Numbered from the stretch's first letter, positions 1 to 8,094 are shown. The stretch is 18,731 nucleotides of DNA from Candidatus Micrarchaeota archaeon (GCA_043827025.1 JBDRPL010000014.1:1-18731); one strand, 5' to 3'. The notes: generated from the sequence alone by a model not told the origin. Numbers and translations are program-made.

Positions 1-33
1 TAAATAAGTACCTCAAATGGCCAGTTAATCATA

Positions 34-41
34 TTTATAAA
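34..41 (+). promoter_or_regulatory. Archaeal TATA box for the kinase gene (probably leaderless)
   Basis: TTTATAAA at -30..-23 relative to the ATG at 64, with no SD between them. Confidence 0.55.
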
Positions 42-63
42 CATAATTCAACACATTGCACTT

Positions 64-729
64 ATGGTTCGAGTTACGCTTGAGCAACAAATTAGAATAC
101 AATGCAGGCGAGGGACTGCTCTCCCTCAAGCACAATCACTAGTTCTTTTAGGAAGATATGAGATAAAAGAAACATTTGACAGAGGCCAGAACGGAACTGT
201 TTACAAAGCATTTGACACTCGAACAGGCCAGTTTGTAGGGATAAAAGAGGTGAAAGATGATGGATCTCCGCAGGCAAAACATACAAAGCGCGAGTTTCAA
301 ATCGGGCAAAGGCTGAACCATCCAGGTATCTCAAAGTATTACGAGTCGCAAATTGCTGATGGAAACATCTATGTAGTGCGAGAATGGGGAGAAGGGCAAA
401 CATTAAGCGAGATTGGCACAATCAACCCTGACCAAAAAAAGGAAATCATGCGGCAAGTGCTGGACATTGTTGAATATGCTCACGGCCAGAGAATCGTTTT
501 AAGGGATTTGAAAGCAAGCAATATTTCTATTGATGAACATGGGGATGTCAAGTTGTTCGAGATTGGCGGTGCGATTCCTGCTGGAGAAAGAGAAGAGCGA
601 GACCAACTATCCACATTAGGTGTTGCAGGAACATTCGGCCCAACTTCACCTGAAACATTCTATGGTTCAACTAATAGCAAGGGAGATATCTGGTCATTGG
701 GCTACCTATTGGCTGAACTTTGCATATGA
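64..729 (+). CDS. Hanks-type Ser/Thr protein kinase, N-terminal part (subdomains I-IX), ended by an in-frame TGA
   Basis: RYEIKETFDRGQNGTVYKA (G-loop), VGIKE (beta3 Lys), REFQIGQRLNHPGI, LRDLKASNI (catalytic loop), KLFEIG (DFG position), SPE, DIWSLG. Subdomain XI lies in the next ORF, in the same frame. Confidence 0.85.
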   Translation: MVRVTLEQQIRIQCRRGTALPQAQSLVLLGRYEIKETFDRGQNGTVYKAFDTRTGQFVGIKEVKDDGSPQAKHTKREFQIGQRLNHPGISKYYESQIADGNIYVVREWGEGQTLSEIGTINPDQKKEIMRQVLDIVEYAHGQRIVLRDLKASNISIDEHGDVKLFEIGGAIPAGEREERDQLSTLGVAGTFGPTSPETFYGSTNSKGDIWSLGYLLAELCI

Positions 730-735
730 CATGAA

Positions 736-1812
736 ATGCAATATACTAGTGAAAAAGAAGCATTCGAATTTGAACAGATTATGGATCAAACAGAAAGAGA
801 AGTGGTTATAAGGGCTATGAGACTTGAGCCTTCCGAAAGATTCGCTTCAGTTGAAGAGATGAGAAATAAAATGCATGGACATGAAGAGATATTCCCTATA
901 ACTCAAATGATCGATCTTGAACGAATACAAACAAAAATTTCATGGTTGGACAGGATTGGAAAGGCAGCAAGAATCTTGGCACTGGGCGAGTTTATAGTAA
1001 TACCTTTAGCATATAAGGACATATTCAGCACACTATTTGGAACTGGACCTGATGTTAACAGAATTATAATGATTGCAGGCGCAGCAATTTTGGCCCTGAG
1101 CATTCCAATCATAAGATTGAGTGACCGCAAAACCGACAGACTCAAATCATCGGAAAAAAAATTAGAAGAAGAAATTAGTAGAAGATCAGCAGAAGTCAGA
1201 AGAGATGGCGAGGCAAAAAGAATGATTGCAAGGGAGAACTTGAAACTGAAGAAAAAAATAAAAGGATACTTGACAGATATTTTATATGCGAGTCATAGCT
1301 CTTGGAGTGAAACCGAATTTGCAAGATATACTTCAGAGAGGGGGCGCATGGAAATACCTTATAGCCATCTATCTATTTTTGGATTATCGCATGAAGCAAT
1401 AGGTTCAATAGTCGACAGGACTAAATCAGAACTGCAAATGACAAGGGATTTTGGTGGCACAGGAGATTATTCTGCGCTGATGGCATGGATAGCAACTTGC
1501 CAAATACCAAAGGAATTCAGGCAATGCTTGGCCCAAACCATCCAGAGTATTGAAATATTCAATAGGCAAACTGCACGTTTTTTGGAACAAAACGATTTCC
1601 AGGGTTTGTTCAACCACATTACATCTAGTGTATTTGTTTCAGATATCGGATCAAATAGATATTTTCTTGGAGAAGCGTTGGCCCCACTTTCAGGACCACA
1701 TTCTGAACAAATAAAAACTAACGTACTTAGTCAACTTGAATCTGAGTCATCAAGAATCCATTCGTCAGTATCGCAAAGAGTCATGGCAGGAATCAGGTTG
1801 ATGGATAGCTGA
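736..1812 (+). CDS. C-terminal part of the interrupted kinase: subdomain XI, two hydrophobic segments, coiled coil, unknown helical domain
   Basis: Same frame as 64..729, separated by TGA CAT GAA. RAMRLEPSERFASVEEM matches kinase subdomain XI. ILALGEFIVIPLAY and IIMIAGAAILALSIPII are hydrophobic. The fused ORF 64..1812 would be 582 aa. Confidence 0.75.
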   Translation: MQYTSEKEAFEFEQIMDQTEREVVIRAMRLEPSERFASVEEMRNKMHGHEEIFPITQMIDLERIQTKISWLDRIGKAARILALGEFIVIPLAYKDIFSTLFGTGPDVNRIIMIAGAAILALSIPIIRLSDRKTDRLKSSEKKLEEEISRRSAEVRRDGEAKRMIARENLKLKKKIKGYLTDILYASHSSWSETEFARYTSERGRMEIPYSHLSIFGLSHEAIGSIVDRTKSELQMTRDFGGTGDYSALMAWIATCQIPKEFRQCLAQTIQSIEIFNRQTARFLEQNDFQGLFNHITSSVFVSDIGSNRYFLGEALAPLSGPHSEQIKTNVLSQLESESSRIHSSVSQRVMAGIRLMDS

Positions 1813-1818
1813 CATCAT

Positions 1819-1859
1819 TCGCTTGACAAGCGACAACATAAATCGAATCGTCGATTTAT
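1819..1859. repeat. Two adjacent inverted repeats in a convergent intergenic region
   Basis: TCGCTTG-A-CAAGCGA (1819-1833) and ATAAATCGA-ATCG-TCGATTTAT (1838-1859). Confidence 0.75.
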
Positions 1860-1893
1860 CAGACTCTGGACTCTAGACCCGAAACCGAAAACA

Positions 1894-2598
1894 TTAAACA
1901 AATGTAATCTGTGGCACATACGCAGCCAATTCAGTATGGGTGCCAAGTTCCATTACTGAAAAACGTTTGCAGTTAGCCAACAATGTAACAAACCCATGGC
2001 CTTCTCCCTTATTTATGAAATGGAACATCCGGAAATCATTATTCGTTTCCAGATTAGTTCCGAAACTCCTGACGAATCCTGTTTCATCGCATATAGGAAG
2101 ACGCATTAATTGCAAAAGAGGGGAGTGGCTGGTAATCCTAAGGCTATGCAAATCAGAATCAAACAAGACCGAGGTTTTAACTATCCGCTTTTCGGAGTTA
2201 AAAACAAGGATTGAGGAATCAAAAAGTACGACTCCCTGTTGTTTTTTAATGTTTGGTGGCAATTCAAAAAAACATTCAGTGCCTTTCATACATATTTGTG
2301 AAACAGTATTCTCTGTTTTTTCTGTTTTTTTCTGTTTTTTAATATTGTTGAAGACATATACTGCATAGACTCCTGACCTGAACCTTGCAGGTATATCATT
2401 CCCTGGACCTGGCAATGAACAGAGATTGTGTGCAATCGAGTCAAGTTCTATAATATTTAACATGCCGGCACGCTGCTCTGGATGAAGCTTCAGAAGGCTG
2501 AACGAACTGTTTGTAAATATACCATCCTGCATAAACCCAACTTTCGATTCAGGAGAAAACCGGCCAGATAAACGATTTCTTGTCAAGAATTTGGACAT
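1894..2598 (-). CDS. Hypothetical protein (234 aa)
   Basis: Long ORF filling the gap, with AT-rich TATA-like sequence upstream (2619-2640). No recognisable motif. Confidence 0.6.
   Translation of the reverse strand: MSKFLTRNRLSGRFSPESKVGFMQDGIFTNSSFSLLKLHPEQRAGMLNIIELDSIAHNLCSLPGPGNDIPARFRSGVYAVYVFNNIKKQKKTEKTENTVSQICMKGTECFFELPPNIKKQQGVVLFDSSILVFNSEKRIVKTSVLFDSDLHSLRITSHSPLLQLMRLPICDETGFVRSFGTNLETNNDFRMFHFINKGEGHGFVTLLANCKRFSVMELGTHTELAAYVPQITFV
2313..2340. repeat. Short tandem repeat CTG(T)6-7 x3 inside the hypothetical gene
   Basis: CTGTTTTTT CTGTTTTTTT CTGTTTTTT, encoding KKQKKTEKT on the minus strand. Confidence 0.7.
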
Positions 2599-2652
2599 AT
2601 TTATTCTACTCTACCATTTATTATAACAGAAATATTTAAAAATATGTGTCAC

Positions 2653-2684
2653 AAAATGGAAAAGAAAATAGAAAAAGAAGAATA
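2653..2684 (-). terminator. T-rich archaeal-type terminator after the repeat surface protein
   Basis: Minus strand TATTCTTCTTTTTCTATTTTCTTTTCCATTTT, starting 5 nt after the TAA at 2690-2692. Confidence 0.5.
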
Positions 2685-2689
2685 GGTGA

Positions 2690-4456
2690 TTACTTGGCAG
2701 GAACTGTCAAATCTTCCAAAGCCACTGTATACCTTCCGCCATTGGCAAGCCTGACATCAACTCGTTCTCCGACATTCACCACTCCTTCTCTACCATTGAC
2801 CAATAGCCTTGCCCATTTGGCACCATCGGCATAACCCAGAGCAACTTCTTTAACTTGGACATTAAATCCTAAGCCAGTATCCTCAGAAGCCCCTTCTCCA
2901 ATCGAACCGAAATAGAGTGCATTGCCATTTGCGTCGTTCACTCTTATGGAGGCTCTCGAAGTCTCTGGATAATAGGTGCTCAGGTCCATAAGCTTAATCG
3001 AGTAATCTCCTGCGTTAAGCTGGTCACCTACGCCAATAACTCCTCTTGTTGCATCCAAGCTTATATCTGCCCACTTTGCACCATATGTATAACCAGGAGC
3101 AACTGCATTAACTGTAACTGTTTTGCCATCGTCTAGCCTAAAATTCGAACCTTCACGAACACCAACTTCCTTCACAAGGTTTCCGTTTCTTGAGATTTGC
3201 AATAATGCCCTGCTGGTTTCTGAATTCTGAATAGATATATCGTCAAGCCTGACGCCGAATTCACCATTGTTTAAGCGCAATGTATCGCCAAATCCGATCA
3301 CACCTTCCAAAACCCCGACTTTTATTCTTGCCCATTTAGAAGCAAAGGTATATCCAGGATTGACCTTCTTTATCTCGATATCCATGCCTAATACGGATTT
3401 CGTAGCGCCTTCAACAATTGCCTGTTGGGAAAGTACATTTCTATTGTTGTCCAAAACACTTACAATTGCTCTTGCACTGCCTTTTGGAACTCCGGTTAAA
3501 TCAGTTAATATGAAGTTACCGCCATTTCCTAAAGGAATTGTTTGGCCTATGAAAGCAACTCCGTCAAAAACAACCCCTGCATCTGAATTGATTGAAACCC
3601 TTGCCCATTTCGCAGCATATGTATAGCCAGGAGCGATTTCTGAAACCGAAATTGTGTATTGGTTTTGGAGTCTGACTATTGTTTGTCCACCTTTTTCCAA
3701 AGAATCTTCAATCAGTACATTTCCATTGGCATCCTTTACCTGGAATGACGCCCTTCCTGAATTTGGATTTGCTATGCTGATATCTTCAAGAGTAACTCTT
3801 TGTCCGCCGATAGTTACAGAATCCCCGGTATTAAGGACTCGTGATACTGGAGAACTGTCATATTTTACCTGAGCCCACTTTGCACCATAAGAATAACCAG
3901 GGCTTATCTTTTCCAAAACTACAGTTTCCCCGCCAATACGTATTGGAGAGCCTATGCAAAGGAGATTTCCTGACATTATCGCACATGATCTTTTCGGGTT
4001 AACTGCCAGGTCCTTCAAGGTAACCTTGAAAGTGCCTGCACTCAAAGACTCTCCGGTATTGACTACTCCTGATGCCTGCGCGACCCCATTAAGAACAATA
4101 GATATTTTGGCCCATTTTGCGCCGTAGGTGTAGCCTGGATTGACCCTCTCCACAAAAACATTATACTCCGAACCTGCAACCCTAGTATATTTTGATGAAT
4201 AACTCTCTTGAACTATATCTATTTGTGAAAGTTTTCCTTGATCATATATTTCGATCGAAGCCCAATAAGGCGATGTAGCTTTCTGGGGCAAAGCCTTGTA
4301 TTGAACAGGTGCCTTGGCAACAGTGTCAGTTACAACGGGTTTGACAACTGGCTTGGCAAAGCTTGTTTTAGCAGCAGCATCTCCACTTGAAGTACAGCCT
4401 ACAAACAAAAACACCAATAATAATCCGACAATCAAGAAATTATTGTTGAATTTCAT
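2690..4456 (-). CDS. Secreted or lipid-anchored surface protein with six ~79-91 aa beta-rich repeats (PGYTYGAKWA motif), S-layer-like
   Basis: Start moved to MKFNNNFLIVGLLLVFLFVGC (signal ending in a lipobox-like GC), 588 aa. Motif copies: PGYTYGAKWA, PGYSYGAKWA, PGYTYAAKWA, PGYTFASKWA, PGYTYGAKWA, LGYADGAKWA. Confidence 0.8.
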   Translation of the reverse strand: MKFNNNFLIVGLLLVFLFVGCTSSGDAAAKTSFAKPVVKPVVTDTVAKAPVQYKALPQKATSPYWASIEIYDQGKLSQIDIVQESYSSKYTRVAGSEYNVFVERVNPGYTYGAKWAKISIVLNGVAQASGVVNTGESLSAGTFKVTLKDLAVNPKRSCAIMSGNLLCIGSPIRIGGETVVLEKISPGYSYGAKWAQVKYDSSPVSRVLNTGDSVTIGGQRVTLEDISIANPNSGRASFQVKDANGNVLIEDSLEKGGQTIVRLQNQYTISVSEIAPGYTYAAKWARVSINSDAGVVFDGVAFIGQTIPLGNGGNFILTDLTGVPKGSARAIVSVLDNNRNVLSQQAIVEGATKSVLGMDIEIKKVNPGYTFASKWARIKVGVLEGVIGFGDTLRLNNGEFGVRLDDISIQNSETSRALLQISRNGNLVKEVGVREGSNFRLDDGKTVTVNAVAPGYTYGAKWADISLDATRGVIGVGDQLNAGDYSIKLMDLSTYYPETSRASIRVNDANGNALYFGSIGEGASEDTGLGFNVQVKEVALGYADGAKWARLLVNGREGVVNVGERVDVRLANGGRYTVALEDLTVPAK

Positions 4457-4479
4457 GAATAAAATAAAGGAAGAAAAGA

Positions 4480-4497
4480 ATATATATATATATATAT
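4480..4497. repeat. (AT)9 microsatellite at the TATA position of the surface-protein promoter
   Basis: ATATATATATATATATAT, 24-41 nt upstream of the minus-strand ATG at 4456. Confidence 0.85.
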
Positions 4498-4506
4498 CGA
4501 TTTTTT

Positions 4507-6738
4507 CTACGACAGCCTTCCAACAGTCTCTCTCCACTTTGCTATAGAATCCTTGAACTTTGCCTTCTCCACAATCACCATGCTCTCATACTCATCCTGC
4601 TTCATTGCAACCATGACAAGGCGGTTGCCAACTGATGCAACTGAATTATAGCTGGAAAACCTAAGGGTCTTCAGCAAGCCTGAAAGATACCCAAACATCT
4701 TCAGGCTGAGCATGCTTACAACAGTATCGCTGCCATCCTTAACCTTGGAAGAAATCACTTTTCCATTTTTAGTAAGGACAACTGCCTTGAAAAGATCCTT
4801 CCTCACAAAATCATCTGCAACGTCTGCCATATTTATAGTTTTCTTCTTTACAGCCTCGTTCTCAAGCGACAGGCCAAGGGACTTGTTCTCTTTTATGAAA
4901 CGTGTGAGGGCCCAGGACCTAAGCGAGGACGGAATAAAGGAAAGGCTTGAAAGATAAATTTCTCCATTATCCTGCACTATCTTCTTCATGTCCTCTGACC
5001 ATTTGGGCCAATTCTCATCTGCAGTCTTTTTCCTTTCTATAAGTGCTTCAACTGCATCTTCTACACGCGCAAGATCAGATTCAACAGCTCTCTTATAATC
5101 AGATGTCGGATTCTTAGAAGCTTCATTTATTTTGCTCAATGAGATCGAAGCAAGCACATCATACTCCCTGCCAACATCAAAACCATCTTCCTTGGAAAGA
5201 GAATCTATCAAGGATTTTAGTTCATTTAACTTATCTTTGAGCCTTGAAACTCTTGTGGAGAAAAGTTCTGTTGCACCGCTTATCTCTTTGCCATAGAACT
5301 GCTCTAGGAAATGCACTTTCACCTTATTCTCAGCTGCAAGATATACGAAAACTCCTCCCAAAAAGAATGCAACGACTGAGACAAAGGACCAGATGTCGGA
5401 TTTGACCCAGAGATCTATGGACTGGTATATGTCAAGCTGGGAATTCACAGATTTAGCGAACATGAAGCTCGTCACGAATGCAATAATTAAACAAACCACG
5501 CCAACTACTATGTCGCTCCTCCAGGTGATGCCAGTTCTTGAAACCACCCTCTTGAAACCGTATTGAACAGGCTCCTTTGCAAGATATGCGCGTGCAACAC
5601 TTATGATTATCCTCAAAAGAAGATAAAGCAAAAGTATGATTATCACTGCAAATGCAAATGCAAAACCTAAGGAAAGATGATAGTTATTGGTTATCCCATA
5701 AAAGAAACCATATATTCCGAAAACAGGATTCAGGAAACCGAATGAAAACTCTTTTGCAACCACATTCGGCGATTGGAAATTATTCTGCATCTCCTCTGGA
5801 GAAAGAGTAGATGAAAATGCATAGATGAAAATATGCTTGGGCTTGTCGCTCGATATCTTGACGCTTTCCCATACCACTTGCTTGTTTATGGTAGAAGGCT
5901 GTGGGGAATAGACATCTTCAGCCCCATTTGGAATAATGTCAGTCATTGAAACATCGACAAAGGAAAGTCCGCTGTTTGTTGTTTCTGTATTTATCATTAC
6001 CCTGTAATCATAGTAAGAAACGCTCCTGTCCACATTACCCAGAATTGACAGAATCATATCAAGGCTGGTCGCATCTAGGCCGTTGGTGTCGCAGAGTTTC
6101 AGGTTCTGGTAAACAAAGACAGGATTTGCAAGAAGATCAGAATAATAATTGACAAGGCTGCTAAGGTCATTGACAAAGGCGATTCTTTTCTCCGGGTTTG
6201 AGCCAGGAAGCTTCTTGGCAGAATCCATTAGCGAAGATAGTGTGCCTTCGACATTCCTTCTTTGCTTCACGAAATCAAGAAGCGAGATTCCGAGCTCTGA
6301 ATTATATATTTTTACAACCTTTGCACAGTCTGCAGACATGCCCGCGCAGAGCCTTGCACACTGATCGCCCTCCAGGCAATCAACCTGAAGCCCTATGTTA
6401 TTAGAGCATTTTCCTACAAACGCATCTGATACGCCAAGAAAATCATTCAAATGGCTTGAAATCATCAGCTGGTTCGCATCAGTGATGTCATTGAAGGAGG
6501 ATAATTTATAGTCAACATTCGCTTTTGCAATCACCTGCCTTGAAACAGTCATGCCATTCTTCAGTTTAACTGGTGCAAAATTCATCAAGCTGACTTCGTT
6601 TATGCCATCGTCATTGAAATCAAATGGGCTAATGGATTGAAGTGAATCTTTAGAATTGGTTGAAACGTCTGTTTCACTTATGCAGCCAAACAAGGCAAAC
6701 AACAGAAACAAAGACAATAATATTGATGGAAATCTCAT
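4507..6738 (-). CDS. Membrane protein: lipoprotein-like signal, Cys-rich extracellular region, 3-4 TM helices, coiled coil, C-terminal Roadblock/LC7-like domain
   Basis: Start moved to MRFPSILLSLFLLFALFGC (743 aa). DFNDDGINE motif, Cys cluster CSNNIGLQVDCLEGDQCARLCAGMSADC, hydrophobic helices, heptad region RLKDKLNELKSLIDSL. The Roadblock call rests on pattern only. Confidence 0.75.
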   Translation of the reverse strand: MRFPSILLSLFLLFALFGCISETDVSTNSKDSLQSISPFDFNDDGINEVSLMNFAPVKLKNGMTVSRQVIAKANVDYKLSSFNDITDANQLMISSHLNDFLGVSDAFVGKCSNNIGLQVDCLEGDQCARLCAGMSADCAKVVKIYNSELGISLLDFVKQRRNVEGTLSSLMDSAKKLPGSNPEKRIAFVNDLSSLVNYYSDLLANPVFVYQNLKLCDTNGLDATSLDMILSILGNVDRSVSYYDYRVMINTETTNSGLSFVDVSMTDIIPNGAEDVYSPQPSTINKQVVWESVKISSDKPKHIFIYAFSSTLSPEEMQNNFQSPNVVAKEFSFGFLNPVFGIYGFFYGITNNYHLSLGFAFAFAVIIILLLYLLLRIIISVARAYLAKEPVQYGFKRVVSRTGITWRSDIVVGVVCLIIAFVTSFMFAKSVNSQLDIYQSIDLWVKSDIWSFVSVVAFFLGGVFVYLAAENKVKVHFLEQFYGKEISGATELFSTRVSRLKDKLNELKSLIDSLSKEDGFDVGREYDVLASISLSKINEASKNPTSDYKRAVESDLARVEDAVEALIERKKTADENWPKWSEDMKKIVQDNGEIYLSSLSFIPSSLRSWALTRFIKENKSLGLSLENEAVKKKTINMADVADDFVRKDLFKAVVLTKNGKVISSKVKDGSDTVVSMLSLKMFGYLSGLLKTLRFSSYNSVASVGNRLVMVAMKQDEYESMVIVEKAKFKDSIAKWRETVGRLS

Positions 6739-6775
6739 GAAAAGATTTAAGAGTTTTAATTTTAAAGCTTTATGT
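6739..6775. promoter_or_regulatory. 37-bp divergent promoter region with two interleaved TATA-like elements
   Basis: Plus strand: GAAAAG then TTTAAG at 6746-6751 (-30..-25 of the cca ATG). Minus strand: TTTAAAA at 6760-6766 (about -22..-28 of the ATG at 6738). Confidence 0.55.
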
Positions 6776-8017
6776 ATGGGCAAAGAGATATTCAAGAATA
6801 TATTAGAACAAATAAAGCCAAGCGCAAAGGAAGCGAAAGAGGAAATGAAATTCGCAAAGGAGATGGTAAGGGTCATCCAAAAGAGATCCCCAAAAGATGC
6901 TCGCGTGGAACTGATGGGCTCCATTGCAAAAGGCACCTTCCTTAAGGATTCCAAGGATATTGACATTTTCATACTAATGAAAAAAGAGAGAGAAAAAGAA
7001 CAGTTAGAACAAATAGTAAGAAAGGCAATCTCAGGCTATGAACATGAAGTTGCCTATGCTGAACACCCTTATGCGCGGGTTTTCATTGGTGAAAGAAAGA
7101 TAGATGTTGTTCCAGCATATCAGATAAAACACATAAACGAGAAGATAAGCTCTGTTGACAGGACGGTGCTGCATACTAAATATATATTAAAAAATCTGAA
7201 GAAGAAAAATGGTGTTCTTCTGTTGAAAAAAATTCTGAAGGCAAATGGACTGTATGGTGCTGAGATAAAAACACAGGGATTCTCAGGATATCTCTGCGAA
7301 CTGCTTGTCATTAGATATAACGGGTTCATGAACCTAATGAAGAATGCGTCCAAATGGAAGAAAAATGTGTTCATTGACTTGAAGAAGAAATATACGAAAA
7401 AAGAAATTGAGTCTGTGCATACTAGGTTCGATTCTGTTTTCATAGTCATTGACCCGACTGATCCAGATAGAAATGTTGCTGCTCCTGTTTCATCAGGCAA
7501 CTTCAAACTGTTTGTTTCGCTTTGCAAAAGGGTTGCCAAAAAACCAACTGAAGCAATGTTTTTCAGGAAACCGCAAAGCTTTAATGATAAATTGAAAGGG
7601 ATGAAAAACTGCTACATCGTTAGCATAAAGAAACCTGATGTTGTTGCAGATATACTCTGGGGCCAGCTTAAGAAAATGGAAATGCATCTCCTTCAATTTT
7701 TGAAAAAGAAGGAATTCAAGGTAAATAAAGTGATTGCAGACGATTCGCACGGGATAAGGATTGCAATATCTTTTGAAAAGAAAATTCTTCCTCCAACGCA
7801 GGTCATTGTTGGTCCGCCAGTCAAATTCGATAAGAATGTCTTTGCATTCAAACAGGCGCATCCTGAGGGGAATGTGCAGATCAAAAAGAGTAGGGCAATT
7901 GCAACAGTTCCAAGAGAATTACGCACTGCAGAAGATGCGATACTTAAATTTTTCAAAAGCGAGAGGCTGCCATCTTACTTTGACAACAAGGGAATCAGGA
8001 TCGAGGCTTTGGCTTGA
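6776..8017 (+). CDS. cca: Archaeal (class I) CCA-adding tRNA nucleotidyltransferase
   Basis: GSIAKGTFLKDSKDIDIF (GS...DxD), YAEHPY, IDVVP, SSVDRT, GAEIKTQGFSGYLCELL, DPTDPDRNVAA. Start moved to MGKEIFKNILEQIKPS, 413 aa. Confidence 0.95.
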   Translation: MGKEIFKNILEQIKPSAKEAKEEMKFAKEMVRVIQKRSPKDARVELMGSIAKGTFLKDSKDIDIFILMKKEREKEQLEQIVRKAISGYEHEVAYAEHPYARVFIGERKIDVVPAYQIKHINEKISSVDRTVLHTKYILKNLKKKNGVLLLKKILKANGLYGAEIKTQGFSGYLCELLVIRYNGFMNLMKNASKWKKNVFIDLKKKYTKKEIESVHTRFDSVFIVIDPTDPDRNVAAPVSSGNFKLFVSLCKRVAKKPTEAMFFRKPQSFNDKLKGMKNCYIVSIKKPDVVADILWGQLKKMEMHLLQFLKKKEFKVNKVIADDSHGIRIAISFEKKILPPTQVIVGPPVKFDKNVFAFKQAHPEGNVQIKKSRAIATVPRELRTAEDAILKFFKSERLPSYFDNKGIRIEALA

Positions 8018-8063
8018 AGGTCTTGGGTTTTGAAGAGTGCATTATTATCCACAATAGTTAACT

Positions 8064-8071
8064 TTTTAAAA
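8064..8071 (+). promoter_or_regulatory. TATA box for the HExxH gene
   Basis: TTTTAAAA at -31..-24 of the ATG at 8095. Confidence 0.45.
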
Positions 8072-8094
8072 CATTATGCGCTATATAAATACGT

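Noticed and set aside
727..729. TGA as genome-wide Gly/Trp recoding or selenocysteine
   Set aside because: TGA ends cca (8015-8017) and other genes at sensible lengths, and no conserved gene here has an internal TGA. The position is normally Gly, not Cys, and the 3' hairpins do not resemble an archaeal SECIS to my eye.
2810..4140. Regularly spaced repeats as a CRISPR array
   Set aside because: Spacing is 237-273 nt, in frame, and conserved at protein level with synonymous changes. These are coding repeats.
4457..4537. N-terminal extension MERDCWK...IYIYIFF of the repeat protein
   Set aside because: It translates the (AT)9 promoter tract and overlaps the upstream gene. The signal peptide begins at 4456.
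6656..6972. Apparent 317-bp head-to-head overlap of cca and the membrane-protein ORF
   Set aside because: Artefact of longest-ORF calling. The signal peptide starts at 6738 and the CCA fold at 6776.
8045..8053. Perfect bacterial DnaA box TTATCCACA
   Set aside because: Single copy in an archaeal context with no other origin features, so probably chance.
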